A stretch of DNA of 64,000 bases from the IMG/VR virus record IMGVR_UViG_2758568038_000001, one strand, 5' to 3'. Below, in pieces: positions 1-8,428 of the stretch. Positions within the stretch are counted from its first letter, which is position 1; each line of letters opens with the position of its first letter. Origin of the DNA: an uncultured virus (IMG/VR IMGVR_UViG_2758568038_000001) (Duplodnaviria > Heunggongvirae > Uroviricota > Caudoviricetes). The notes below the pieces were generated by a model, which saw nothing but the letters and a program-made list of their open reading frames with translations, was not told where the DNA came from and ran no database searches. The translations under genes were made by a program, and so were the position numbers.

Positions 1-291
1 ATGTATGCCAACTTTCTGCTCGGCAACCTACGCGTCACTGAGGCGGCGAAGATCAAGCTCAAGCGCTTGCCGCTGGACCTGATCGCACGACACGCCATCA
101 ATGACCACGGCAACATCACGCCGCGCGAAGCCAAGCGCAACGAGGTGGCAATGAAGCGCACCGGCACCATCCTGTCGCGCTACCTCATCGACCCTACCGA
201 CCCTTCACAGGGCTCGGTCGTGGTCATCACCCACGAGACCTGGGACGACACAGTCGTCCAGCTCGAAGACGAACCAGAGGACGACCAATGA
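1..291 (+). CDS. hypothetical protein, 96 aa (start at window edge)
   Basis: ORF with phage-like codon usage; stop overlaps next ATG (ATGA at 288-291). Confidence 0.7.
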   Translation: MYANFLLGNLRVTEAAKIKLKRLPLDLIARHAINDHGNITPREAKRNEVAMKRTGTILSRYLIDPTDPSQGSVVVITHETWDDTVVQLEDEPEDDQ

Positions 292-425
292 CCACTTTCT
301 TCGCCATCGCCCGCCTGCTGCGCGCAGCCTACAAAGCACTCCGCGCTGCCGTCGGCATCCTGCTCGTCGCGCACGGCACGTACCAGTGGGCCAAGAAGAA
401 ACGCGCGGCCGCCAGGGCTGCATGA
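288..425 (+). CDS. small hydrophobic/basic protein, 45 aa (MTTFFAIARLLRAAYKALRAAVGILLVAHGTYQWAKKKRAAARAA)
   Basis: Translated by hand; ATGA coupling to upstream gene, GAGGA upstream. Confidence 0.65.
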   Translation: MTTFFAIARLLRAAYKALRAAVGILLVAHGTYQWAKKKRAAARAA

Positions 426-545
426 CTCTTTTCTATCCCTTGTATTCTTATACTTATATTTACTTTCTTTCGAGAAAATAAAATATTTATATAAGTAGTA
501 GATAGAAGAAATAACCTATACAGAGTTTACGGAACAGACCGTAAT
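426..545. other. AT-rich intergenic element, related in inverted orientation to 39375-39480
   Basis: Very low GC in a high-GC genome; TCTTATACTTATA (446-458) is the reverse complement of 39445-39457. Confidence 0.7.
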
Positions 546-546
546 G

Positions 547-578
547 AAAGAAGAGCGCCGAGGCGCTCTTTTCTTTTT
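547..578. terminator. probable bidirectional intrinsic terminator between convergent arms
   Basis: AAAGAAGAGCGC-CGAG-GCGCTCTTTTCTTTTT hairpin, A-rich on one side and T-rich on the other. Confidence 0.8.
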
Positions 579-604
579 GACTCAGGTTTTATGGGGCGCG
601 GGGT

Positions 605-3600
605 TCAGCGCAACGCCGCCGCGTACAGCCCGTGCGCGGGCAGCGCCTTGATCGTCGTCTCGCTCAGCGGGTCGCGCATCGCGTCGATCATCTGCTCTAC
701 GCCCGGCCCTGCCAGCGAGAACATGTCCTCGCCCGCGTCCACGCCGATCTGTCCGGCCCCCAGCAGCCCCGCACGCTGCACGCCGTGCATCATCCAGTCG
801 CCCGCGTCGTAGCCCTTCATGTACGCAGGCAACTCGCCGCCGCCCTGGATCAGCCCCTTGGTGATGTCCGCTGCGATCATGGTCGGGATGTACCAGACGA
901 ACGCGCCCATGGGGGCGAGATTGCCGTGGTTCATTTCCTTCACTGCGCGCTTGAGGATGGTCTGGTGGAAGCTGTAGCTGAACTGCTTGAGGTGGAAGAA
1001 CATGCTGTAGTGCGGGTCGCTGCCCCACGCTGGGCGCTGCGCTGCGTTGGGCGTCAGGATGGCGCCTTCGACCCAGCGGTTGATCGCGTAGTGAACCGCG
1101 TCGATCTCGCGCTCGGCCTGGGACTTGCCCATGCCCTTCTGCTGCATCAGTACGCTCTTGTCGGTGATGAGCTTGCCTTCGGTGTCCAGCGGGATGTTCT
1201 TCGGGTCCAGCCCCAGCTCTTCCAGCCAGCGCGTGCTGTGGACCTTGTCTGCACCGCCAGCATGGCGCTCGATGAAAGCCACCGCGCTCTTCACCCCGGC
1301 CACGCGCATGCCGCGGTTCCAGGCTTCCATGCCGTTGAGCTTGAACATCGTGTCGTTGATGGTCTTGGCGCCGCGCTCCATGTACACCGACGAATACTCG
1401 TCGCTCACGTGGTGGGCGAACAGCGCCGCGTCCACCGCCCCGACGTGCTCGGCCAGCTTCTCCCACTGGTCGGCTTGGCGCTCCTTGGGCTCCTCGCGGA
1501 ACATGTCGCCCCAGTTGCTCGTGACCTCCTTCATGCCGCGCAGGAATGCGTCGTAGGCCTCCTTCATCGTCGCGCCCCGGGCCACCATGCCCAGAGGGTC
1601 GACGAACGAGGCGAACAGGCTCAGGGGCAGCAGGCGCACGTTCTGGTAGACCGTCATCCAGCTGTTGAGTTTGCGCACCGTGGGCGACACATCCTTGCCC
1701 AGCGTGCCCTCCATTGCGCCCACGGCCTCGGCCACGTCGCGGTACTGGCGGGACACCCACTTGGCGCGGGCGGCGTCGTCCTTGAACTCCTTGCGCTGCA
1801 GCTTGGCCATCGACAGCTCGGTCAGCTCGCCCTGGATTTCCATCAGCTTGGCCTCCAGGGCTTCGCCGTCAGCGCCGAAGCGGTCGGTGTATTCCGCCGC
1901 CCGCACGCCCTGATGGAAGTAGCGGCTCAGCGTGGCCACGAGGTTCTTCTCGAGGAACGGCTGGACGTGCTCACCGGACAGCCACGCCAAAGTGCGATTT
2001 TCTTTGCTGGCGAAGAACGGGGCCAGCACGCCGTCTTGGCGCTGGGCGTCGAGCTTGTCGTTCACGCCTTCGCGGTCCACCAGCGCGCGCCAGATGCGCT
2101 CTGCCACTTGCTCCTTGGAAAGCTTGCCCTTGCTGCCCTGGGCACCCTGCTCGAGCACGGCGTCGTAGTGGGTGGCGAGCATCTGCACAAACTGGTCTTT
2201 TTTCTCGTGCAGCAGGTGGGTGTTCCACACGCGGGGGAAGTATTTGTCCCCGGCGTGGCCCAGCTCCAGCCCGCGCTCGTCGCTCATGTATTTGTAGAAG
2301 CGCTGCAGCAGGCCACGGATCTTGCCTACAGCCTCGCGGTGCGGAGCGTACGGGATGTCCGCCAGCTCGGCCTCGTCCTGCAGCAGCTTGGCTACCTCGG
2401 TCAGGTCGCGGTCGCTCAGCCCCCGGATGGCCTGGGCGAAGGTGTTGTTGTAGCGGGCGGCCACACGGCGGCGGGCGTTCAGGTAGCCCTCAGCCTCTTT
2501 GCCTGCGTCCTCGTCGCCTGGGTTCGTGAAGAACTCCTTGGCCAGGGCCTGAGCGGCCTTGCTCTCACTGGTCGCCAGCACGGTCTCAGATGGCATGGTT
2601 TTTGCCGCCAGCCACTGGGTCAGGCCATCCATGCTGCGCCGGGCCTTCAAAACACCTGTACCTTCATCCAGTACCCGGGCAATGACCTTGCCGGCGGCGC
2701 TCGGCTCGGCCAGCTGACCCCCGTGGAAGGCCTCAAACAGGGCTACAGCGCGCTCGGAGTCCTTGACCAAGCCCAGCACACGCCGGAAGAACTTGCGCAC
2801 CTTCTGGAGCAGCGTGCGGGGCTTGCCCATGGGCAGGTCCAGCTTGCCGGCGGCCCAGAACTGATAGATGTAGGCCAGCCGCTCCTCGCCGCTCTTGAGC
2901 TGGTCGATCGCCGCAGGGTGCCCGGCCAGCAGCGCAGCCACGCGGGCCAGGATCTTGTCGTTCTCGGCCAGGCTGCGCAGGACGTCCAGCGCGCGGGGGT
3001 CATTCTTCACGAACTTGCTGAAAAACCCGTGCAGCGCCTCGTGGTAGGCCGTGTGCAGGACGCCTGGGGCAGCGGTGGTGCTGATCTGGATCGCCTGCTC
3101 GGTGTCGAGCCACTCGCCCGCATAGCCGGTGATGTCCTTGAACTCGACCTTGATCTGCGGCCCCAGCACCTTGCGGATGTAGGCTACGGCCTCATCCATC
3201 TCGGCCTGGGTGGCGACGCGGGCGTTGCCGCCCTGGCGGTTGAAGTGAACGTAGTTCGTGGTGATCTTGCTGTCGTCGTAGATCACGTAGTTCGGCGTCT
3301 TGCCGTCGCGCCCGTTGGATGCGGCGTACTCATGGCCCAGGATGCCCAGGCTCTGGAGGTAGTCGGACGCAGCGGCTTGGGAGCCGAGTTCGTCGGTGAG
3401 CTGCCCGTAAAGCTCACGCCCTGTTGGTGAGGCCACTAGTGTCAGCCCCTGCCCCGCCAGCGCTTGTCGCGCACCGTTTTTTGCCTCTGCCTCCGTCACA
3501 AAGTACCCGACCACCTTGCCGTCGTGGCGCACCAGAAATCGGTCTCCCTCCCCACGGAGATACGCCGGGTCGATCCGCACAGAGGACCCATCGGATACAC

Positions 3601-6600
3601 CGGCTATGAGCGCGGCCATGTCATCATTGCCCCACGGGTCGTTTGGAACCACACCCTCCAGTCGCTTCTGCACGTAGCTGCTCTGCCCCGACAGCGGCTT
3701 GTCCCAGTTCAGCAGCTGCGCCTTCATGGCGTTGACGGAGACGTGATAGGTGGGGGCCTTCGGGCTGAGCGATTCTTCTCGCGCAGCCATCAACTTACTC
3801 AGCTCATGCGCTCGCTGCACGAGCGCCTGCTTGTCGGGCCCTACCGCGCCGCGGACCCGTCCCTTGATGTCATTGAACTCTGCGTTCATGTCACGGAGCT
3901 GCGGGTCGTTGAGGTACGCCTCACCACGCACTTTCTCCGTCATCATCTTCTTGTAGAAGTTGTGGACTTTGTCGCCGGTCGACAGGTATGTGCCCGCGCC
4001 GAACGCAGCGTTGCCCTCACCCTTGCCGGTGTGCTCGCGCCAGTTGAACTTGCCCTCGTGGCGGATGGGCGAGTCGTGCGTGGCAGCGAACCCGCCGCGC
4101 TCGAGGTCGTTGTGGATCTCGGACGACATGGCGCTCAGCTTGCGCGCGCCGGTGTCAGACCAGTCAGCCGCCCCACTGGGCTTCGGTTGGGATTTTGGGG
4201 CTCCGGCTGCCGCCACCTCCGGGGCAGCCGGAGAGGCCTTCTGCAGCAGCTTCGCGTAGTTGGCCAGGTTCACCTTGTCGACCGAGGCGGCGGGGGCCAT
4301 GGCCTTGGTGAGCGCAACTTTCTGGTTCTCCTTCAGCTTGTCGGCCAGCAGGATGATCTTGGCAGCCTCACCGCGCAATGCGGTCAGCTTCTTAGCTTCT
4401 GCTGGGCCCAGGTCGAGCTTGCTGATGGTGTCAGCGTTCAGCGCGTAGGCCAGCGGCATCACGTAGTGCTGGCCGCCCACCGCGGAGGTCTCGCGGGCTT
4501 TCTTGTCGGCGATGAACTCGGGGCGCTGGGCGCTGCGCAGGCGGGACTCGATCATCGCCACACCGGCCGCGAAGTCCTTGTTCAGCGTACGGGCGATTTC
4601 AGCCCCGCGCTCGGGGGCCTTGGCCATGGCCGACATCTTGTTCTCGGGGCCGACGGCCACGTCGGCGGCTTTCTTGGTGGTGCGGAACTGCTGATCGGCG
4701 AACTCGTCGGGCACCGCGCCGGCCTTCTGCCTGGGGAAGAAGTCCAGCGGCGCGGCGTCATCGCCGTCAGTCTTGGCTTCCTCCGAGCGCGCGTCGCCGA
4801 ACTGCTCGCCGCTCTTCTTCAGGCCCAAACCCTTGAGAAATTCGCGGCGCTCCTTAGCGGTGTTCAGGGCAGCGAACTGCCCCTCTTCCTCGGCAGTCAT
4901 CGTCTGCCCCTGCGCGCGGCTGGCGGCGGGTTCAGGCTCCAGGCCTTCCAGCGGGTCCGCCACGAAGAACTCTTCGTTGCGTGCCTGGTCCTGGGCCACG
5001 TCTTCCTCGTTCGGCCCGAGCGGGTCTTCCACGCGGCCGCGTGCCTCGGCGCGCTGTGCCTTGCCCTTCATCATGGCGCCGTAGGTCGAGGTGACCAGGC
5101 GCAGGCTCGGGGGGATGCTCTTGGCGAACGACTCGTACTCGCCCTTGGCGTTGATGCGGGTGGGCATCTTCTCGACCACCGCCCCGCTGGTCGTCACCGC
5201 CGTGATGCCTTCCAGCAGGTCGTCCAGGTAAGCCTGGTTCTTGGCGCGGTTGGAGTTATCTTCCTTGGCGTCGGCCTTGGTCTCGTTGCGTGCGCGCTGA
5301 GCCCGCACCCAGTTCACCAGGGTGTCGGCGCGGACGTGCAGCCCGCGGTCCTTGTTCTTCAGCAGGTCCGATTGGAACGTGATGAGATTGGCCTCGTCGA
5401 GGACGGAGAACTGTTGGTCGCCCTGCCCCCGCGCGAACGCCACGGCCTTGGCTCCGTCGCGGCCCATGCTCAGCAACTCGGTCAGTTCGATGCGGTCGGG
5501 CACGGCGTCACTGAGCTGCTCGGCCACAGCGACGTAGCGTTCCTTGAAGTACGCCTCGGCGGCCTCGGCAATCTGTTTGCGATCTCCGGCAGACAGACGA
5601 TATGCGGTCTTGCCTTCGCCCTCCTGGTCCATCGCGTCCAACACCGCGCGGTTGGCCTTGTTGGCCATGGCCGCCAGCGCCTTGCGCTCGGCATCAGACA
5701 GCCCCTCGTTGCCAGCGTCCTGGCGCAGGTAGTCGCGGTAGACCGACAGGATCTTGGCGGGCTGGAAGTTCAGGCCCTGCATGACCTCGAGCGCAGACTG
5801 CGCGCTCACGCGGTGGCCGGTCTTCTCGGTGGCGGCCTCCATGTCGGCGAGCTTCTTCTCGAGGGCGTTGCCGCCAGCGAACAGGGTGTCCGTCAGCTTG
5901 AACAGTCCAGGGCGTTTCACCGGCGCGCCGGCCAGCGGCTCCAGCCCTTCGGCCTTGCGCTGCAGGTTCTCGTCCTTGAAGGCCAGCGCCTCGGACGGAG
6001 ACATTTTGCTGACGGGTGAGAACGGGTCACGGCGGTCGGTGCTGCCGCGCAGCGACTGGCCCGCGGTTTTGGCGAAGCCGTACACCTTGGGCCCGGAGCC
6101 CTTCTCGACTTTCTTCTCGCCGTCTTCACGCTCGCGCGCGTCGTAGTCAGCGCCTGCCCCGTACACCGTCGTCGGCGCAGGCAGCTCGTCGCCCACCAGC
6201 GCCAGCATCTGACCCACAGCCTCGGGGCCGAACTTCTGCTCCAGGGCTTTGCGCAGCTGGGGCGACTCGTGGCCGTTGGCCAGGCCCTCGATGGTGTCGA
6301 GCAGCCAGTGGCGGTTCAGCTTGCCGCCAGCGGCTTCGCTGCGCATGACCTCCTGCATGTCGGCAGCGGGCAGCATCGCCACCAGCTGGTTGGCCGTGGC
6401 GTTACGGACTTGCTCGGCCTGCTGCCGCCCAGAGAAGCTGCGCCCGTTGGCGATCTCGTTGCTCAGCTGCTCGAACATCTTGGCGGCCTTCGGGTCGGCC
6501 AGGGCCTGCAGTTGGCCCACCACGCCCTCGGCGCGTGCCCCCAGGGCAGTACGCAAGGTGTTGGCGATGCGGCCCACGGTCAGCGCGGCACCTGGGCCTT

Positions 6601-8419
6601 GTGGCCCGCCTTTGCTGGACAGGTGCGCGAGGTCGTAGCCAACGTCGCGCAACAGCCCAGTGACCTTGTTCATGCGCTGGGCGTCGAAGCCGCGAGCAGC
6701 CAACGCAGCCTGGGTCTCCGTCGCCAGCATCTCACCGAAAACCTCGCCCCGGCGCTTGACCTGGGATGCAGCCGGGCTGTTCTTGGCCCCCTGCACCACG
6801 CGCTCGGTGGCGGCGCGGCCGGTGCGTTCGAGCCAGGCCTCGTAGCCTTGGGCGGCGTAATCCCCACCCTGCGCATTCTTCTTGCGTGCTTCGGCGGACG
6901 CGCCGTCGAACACGGCCTTGCCGAACTTCATCGCGCCCTTGCCCACGGCGACGGCGCCCTTGCCCAGCGCGCTTGCGCCCTTCGAGGCCATCTCGCCCAT
7001 GGCCGCAGCGGCGCGTTCGCCCCGGCTGGCCAGCTGCTCGATCTCGTTGGTCTCGAGGATGTGCTTCGACGCTTCCTGCGCCACTACCTCCTGTGCGACC
7101 GGGTCCTGCTCGTTCGCCAGGCGGTCAAAGAGCTCGGCAGCCCTCGGGTCGTTCTCGGCCATCTGGTCGAGCCGCTGCGCGATGAAGTTCATCCGCTTGC
7201 CCGTGTTCTCTGCGTTCCACGCGTCGTACTTCACAGGGTCTGCGGCCACGTCCTCAGGCGGCACCCCTTCGAGAATGTCGCGCTCTTCGGCCGAGACCTT
7301 GTAGCGCTGCACCAGATCGTCGGCGCCTTCGCGCACGGTGTCGGCCAGCTTGGTCAGGCTGATCTGGCCGTCGTCGCCGCGCGCGAGGTCGATCAGGTCA
7401 CCAGCCTTCCGCTTGCCTGCGGCCACGACCTTGTCCACACCGCCCTGCAGCGCACTGCCTTCGTATTTCTCCTTGGCCAGGTCGACCAGCTCGCCGGTCT
7501 TGGTACCGACCATGTCTGCAGCCTGCCCCACGCGGCGGTAGCCTGCGTCGGCGTAGGCACCAGCGGCGATGAGCGGGCCGCCGCCTGCTGCGCCTCCGGC
7601 GGCTTCGTTCAGGCGGTCAGAGTTGTCACTGCCCGTGCCACGGTTCGGGTTGAGCTGGCCGAGCGCGTAGCGTCCGACTTCGCCCTGCCCCAGCTCCGTC
7701 GCACCTTCGCCGAGCATACCGAGCCCGGTCTTCGCCGCAGGGCCCATGCCTGCGCCCGCAGCCTTCATGCCGGCGCGCAACGCGCCGCCCGTGAGCTGGT
7801 GGCCGATGACGCCTGGGAGGACCGTATCCGCCAAGCCCGCCACACCGCCGACGACGTTCGCGGTCCGGTACAGGTCCTGCGGCGATGTGCGCGCCATGAG
7901 CTCCTGGTCCTGCATGGCGTCGTTGGCGAACTCGCCGGCCATCTGGCGCTGGTTGATGCCGAGCGCCGCCGCTGGTGCGCCGACGGTGCCGATGGCACGC
8001 CCCACCTTGCCTGCTGTGCCCGGCAGCATGCCGGCCACGCGGCCGATGCCGCCCAGCGCAGTGGCTGCGGCGACAGGCTCGGCCATCGAGGCCACGCCCT
8101 GCCCCACCTGGCCACCGAGCCAGTTCAGGCCGGTGCCGATACTGTCGATGTCTTCGACCCGCTGGACTTCTGGGGCCACCCGGGCCTGGGCTTGACCCAG
8201 GGCGTCGTTCTGCATGCGCAGGGTCTCGGCGCGCTGGATGTCGCCCGCAGCACGAGCGGCAAGTTCGTCGATACCCAGCGCATTGCGCTCGGAGCCGATG
8301 CGGCCGGCCTCCCAGCCGCCGCGCAGAGAGTTGGGTCGGGCGGCTTCGGCCTCAGCGGCCTGCCATTCGGCGGATGGGGCGTTATCGAGCCCGAACAGAG
8401 GGTCGCGGAGGGTTGCCAT
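605..8419 (-). CDS. giant virion/ejection polyvalent protein, 2604 aa, with ADP-ribosyltransferase-like and zincin metallopeptidase-like domains
   Basis: Last gene of structural operon; motifs THDSP...GKGEGNAAFGAGTYLS...NYVIYDD (about 3260-4090) and HEALH (3029-3043). Confidence 0.75.
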   Translation of the reverse strand: MATLRDPLFGLDNAPSAEWQAAEAEAARPNSLRGGWEAGRIGSERNALGIDELAARAAGDIQRAETLRMQNDALGQAQARVAPEVQRVEDIDSIGTGLNWLGGQVGQGVASMAEPVAAATALGGIGRVAGMLPGTAGKVGRAIGTVGAPAAALGINQRQMAGEFANDAMQDQELMARTSPQDLYRTANVVGGVAGLADTVLPGVIGHQLTGGALRAGMKAAGAGMGPAAKTGLGMLGEGATELGQGEVGRYALGQLNPNRGTGSDNSDRLNEAAGGAAGGGPLIAAGAYADAGYRRVGQAADMVGTKTGELVDLAKEKYEGSALQGGVDKVVAAGKRKAGDLIDLARGDDGQISLTKLADTVREGADDLVQRYKVSAEERDILEGVPPEDVAADPVKYDAWNAENTGKRMNFIAQRLDQMAENDPRAAELFDRLANEQDPVAQEVVAQEASKHILETNEIEQLASRGERAAAAMGEMASKGASALGKGAVAVGKGAMKFGKAVFDGASAEARKKNAQGGDYAAQGYEAWLERTGRAATERVVQGAKNSPAASQVKRRGEVFGEMLATETQAALAARGFDAQRMNKVTGLLRDVGYDLAHLSSKGGPQGPGAALTVGRIANTLRTALGARAEGVVGQLQALADPKAAKMFEQLSNEIANGRSFSGRQQAEQVRNATANQLVAMLPAADMQEVMRSEAAGGKLNRHWLLDTIEGLANGHESPQLRKALEQKFGPEAVGQMLALVGDELPAPTTVYGAGADYDAREREDGEKKVEKGSGPKVYGFAKTAGQSLRGSTDRRDPFSPVSKMSPSEALAFKDENLQRKAEGLEPLAGAPVKRPGLFKLTDTLFAGGNALEKKLADMEAATEKTGHRVSAQSALEVMQGLNFQPAKILSVYRDYLRQDAGNEGLSDAERKALAAMANKANRAVLDAMDQEGEGKTAYRLSAGDRKQIAEAAEAYFKERYVAVAEQLSDAVPDRIELTELLSMGRDGAKAVAFARGQGDQQFSVLDEANLITFQSDLLKNKDRGLHVRADTLVNWVRAQRARNETKADAKEDNSNRAKNQAYLDDLLEGITAVTTSGAVVEKMPTRINAKGEYESFAKSIPPSLRLVTSTYGAMMKGKAQRAEARGRVEDPLGPNEEDVAQDQARNEEFFVADPLEGLEPEPAASRAQGQTMTAEEEGQFAALNTAKERREFLKGLGLKKSGEQFGDARSEEAKTDGDDAAPLDFFPRQKAGAVPDEFADQQFRTTKKAADVAVGPENKMSAMAKAPERGAEIARTLNKDFAAGVAMIESRLRSAQRPEFIADKKARETSAVGGQHYVMPLAYALNADTISKLDLGPAEAKKLTALRGEAAKIILLADKLKENQKVALTKAMAPAASVDKVNLANYAKLLQKASPAAPEVAAAGAPKSQPKPSGAADWSDTGARKLSAMSSEIHNDLERGGFAATHDSPIRHEGKFNWREHTGKGEGNAAFGAGTYLSTGDKVHNFYKKMMTEKVRGEAYLNDPQLRDMNAEFNDIKGRVRGAVGPDKQALVQRAHELSKLMAAREESLSPKAPTYHVSVNAMKAQLLNWDKPLSGQSSYVQKRLEGVVPNDPWGNDDMAALIAGVSDGSSVRIDPAYLRGEGDRFLVRHDGKVVGYFVTEAEAKNGARQALAGQGLTLVASPTGRELYGQLTDELGSQAAASDYLQSLGILGHEYAASNGRDGKTPNYVIYDDSKITTNYVHFNRQGGNARVATQAEMDEAVAYIRKVLGPQIKVEFKDITGYAGEWLDTEQAIQISTTAAPGVLHTAYHEALHGFFSKFVKNDPRALDVLRSLAENDKILARVAALLAGHPAAIDQLKSGEERLAYIYQFWAAGKLDLPMGKPRTLLQKVRKFFRRVLGLVKDSERAVALFEAFHGGQLAEPSAAGKVIARVLDEGTGVLKARRSMDGLTQWLAAKTMPSETVLATSESKAAQALAKEFFTNPGDEDAGKEAEGYLNARRRVAARYNNTFAQAIRGLSDRDLTEVAKLLQDEAELADIPYAPHREAVGKIRGLLQRFYKYMSDERGLELGHAGDKYFPRVWNTHLLHEKKDQFVQMLATHYDAVLEQGAQGSKGKLSKEQVAERIWRALVDREGVNDKLDAQRQDGVLAPFFASKENRTLAWLSGEHVQPFLEKNLVATLSRYFHQGVRAAEYTDRFGADGEALEAKLMEIQGELTELSMAKLQRKEFKDDAARAKWVSRQYRDVAEAVGAMEGTLGKDVSPTVRKLNSWMTVYQNVRLLPLSLFASFVDPLGMVARGATMKEAYDAFLRGMKEVTSNWGDMFREEPKERQADQWEKLAEHVGAVDAALFAHHVSDEYSSVYMERGAKTINDTMFKLNGMEAWNRGMRVAGVKSAVAFIERHAGGADKVHSTRWLEELGLDPKNIPLDTEGKLITDKSVLMQQKGMGKSQAEREIDAVHYAINRWVEGAILTPNAAQRPAWGSDPHYSMFFHLKQFSYSFHQTILKRAVKEMNHGNLAPMGAFVWYIPTMIAADITKGLIQGGGELPAYMKGYDAGDWMMHGVQRAGLLGAGQIGVDAGEDMFSLAGPGVEQMIDAMRDPLSETTIKALPAHGLYAAALR

Positions 8420-8428
8420 GTCGGAGCC

